Origin: Octopus bimaculoides
Taxonomy: Eukaryota
Assembly: GCF_001194135.2 (NCBI RefSeq)
Contig: NC_068991.1
Coordinates: 43,297,062 to 43,361,061, forward strand
DNA: 64,000 nt
Direction of reading: 5' to 3'
Shown here: positions 63,761 to 64,000 of the stretch, piece after piece
Layout: each line of letters begins with the position of its first letter
How positions within the stretch are numbered: position 1 is the stretch's first letter
The notes under the pieces: generated by a model
Database searches by the model: none
The model's input: the letters and a program-made list of their open reading frames with translations, nothing else
Told to the model about the DNA's origin: nothing
Position numbers and translations under genes: made by a program

Positions 63761-64000
63761 CTGCAGTGAAATTTAAAAAAGAGAAAAAAGAATGAGTTTA
63801 ATAAAATTAACTCAAATATAAATTTATTAAACAAATTAACTCAATCTTATTGATATTTGTTATGTTCCTGCATTCTTAAACCAATTCATTGATGACAGGA
63901 TTTATAGCTAACATAATATGTATTAGTAACCAATTGCATAGTACTTAATTTAGATATGAACATGATTTATAATTAGAACTGTGATGAGTGGCTGTGTGGT

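Overview
AT-rich, microsatellite- and gap-rich eukaryotic DNA. The repeat repertoire (tRNA-derived SINEs, RTE LINEs sharing tails with them, Penelope-like inverted repeats) suggests an Octopus or other coleoid cephalopod genome; this is inference. Two convergent multi-exon genes enter from the window edges. (1) On +, the 3' part of an hnRNP U / hnRNP U-like 1 gene: 11 coding exons from 74 to 10059 (SPRY end, P-loop/AAA_33, RGG/Gly-Tyr tail), with candidate alternative last exons and a candidate poison exon. (2) On -, the 3' part of a CCDC88 (Girdin/Daple) gene: 11 phase-consistent exons from 63760 down to 18070 (coiled coil, basic segment, GBA motif, terminal ...WYEYGCV PDZ-binding motif). The introns hold a near full-length dead hAT transposon with a nested MULE-like MITE, a rearranged RTE LINE with a 120-bp fold-back, three Tc1/mariner relics, Penelope-like pieces including a pair of hammerhead-ribozyme motifs, MITEs and SINEs. 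No prokaryotic system or CRISPR array is present. All calls come from manual reading and translation; no database searches were run.
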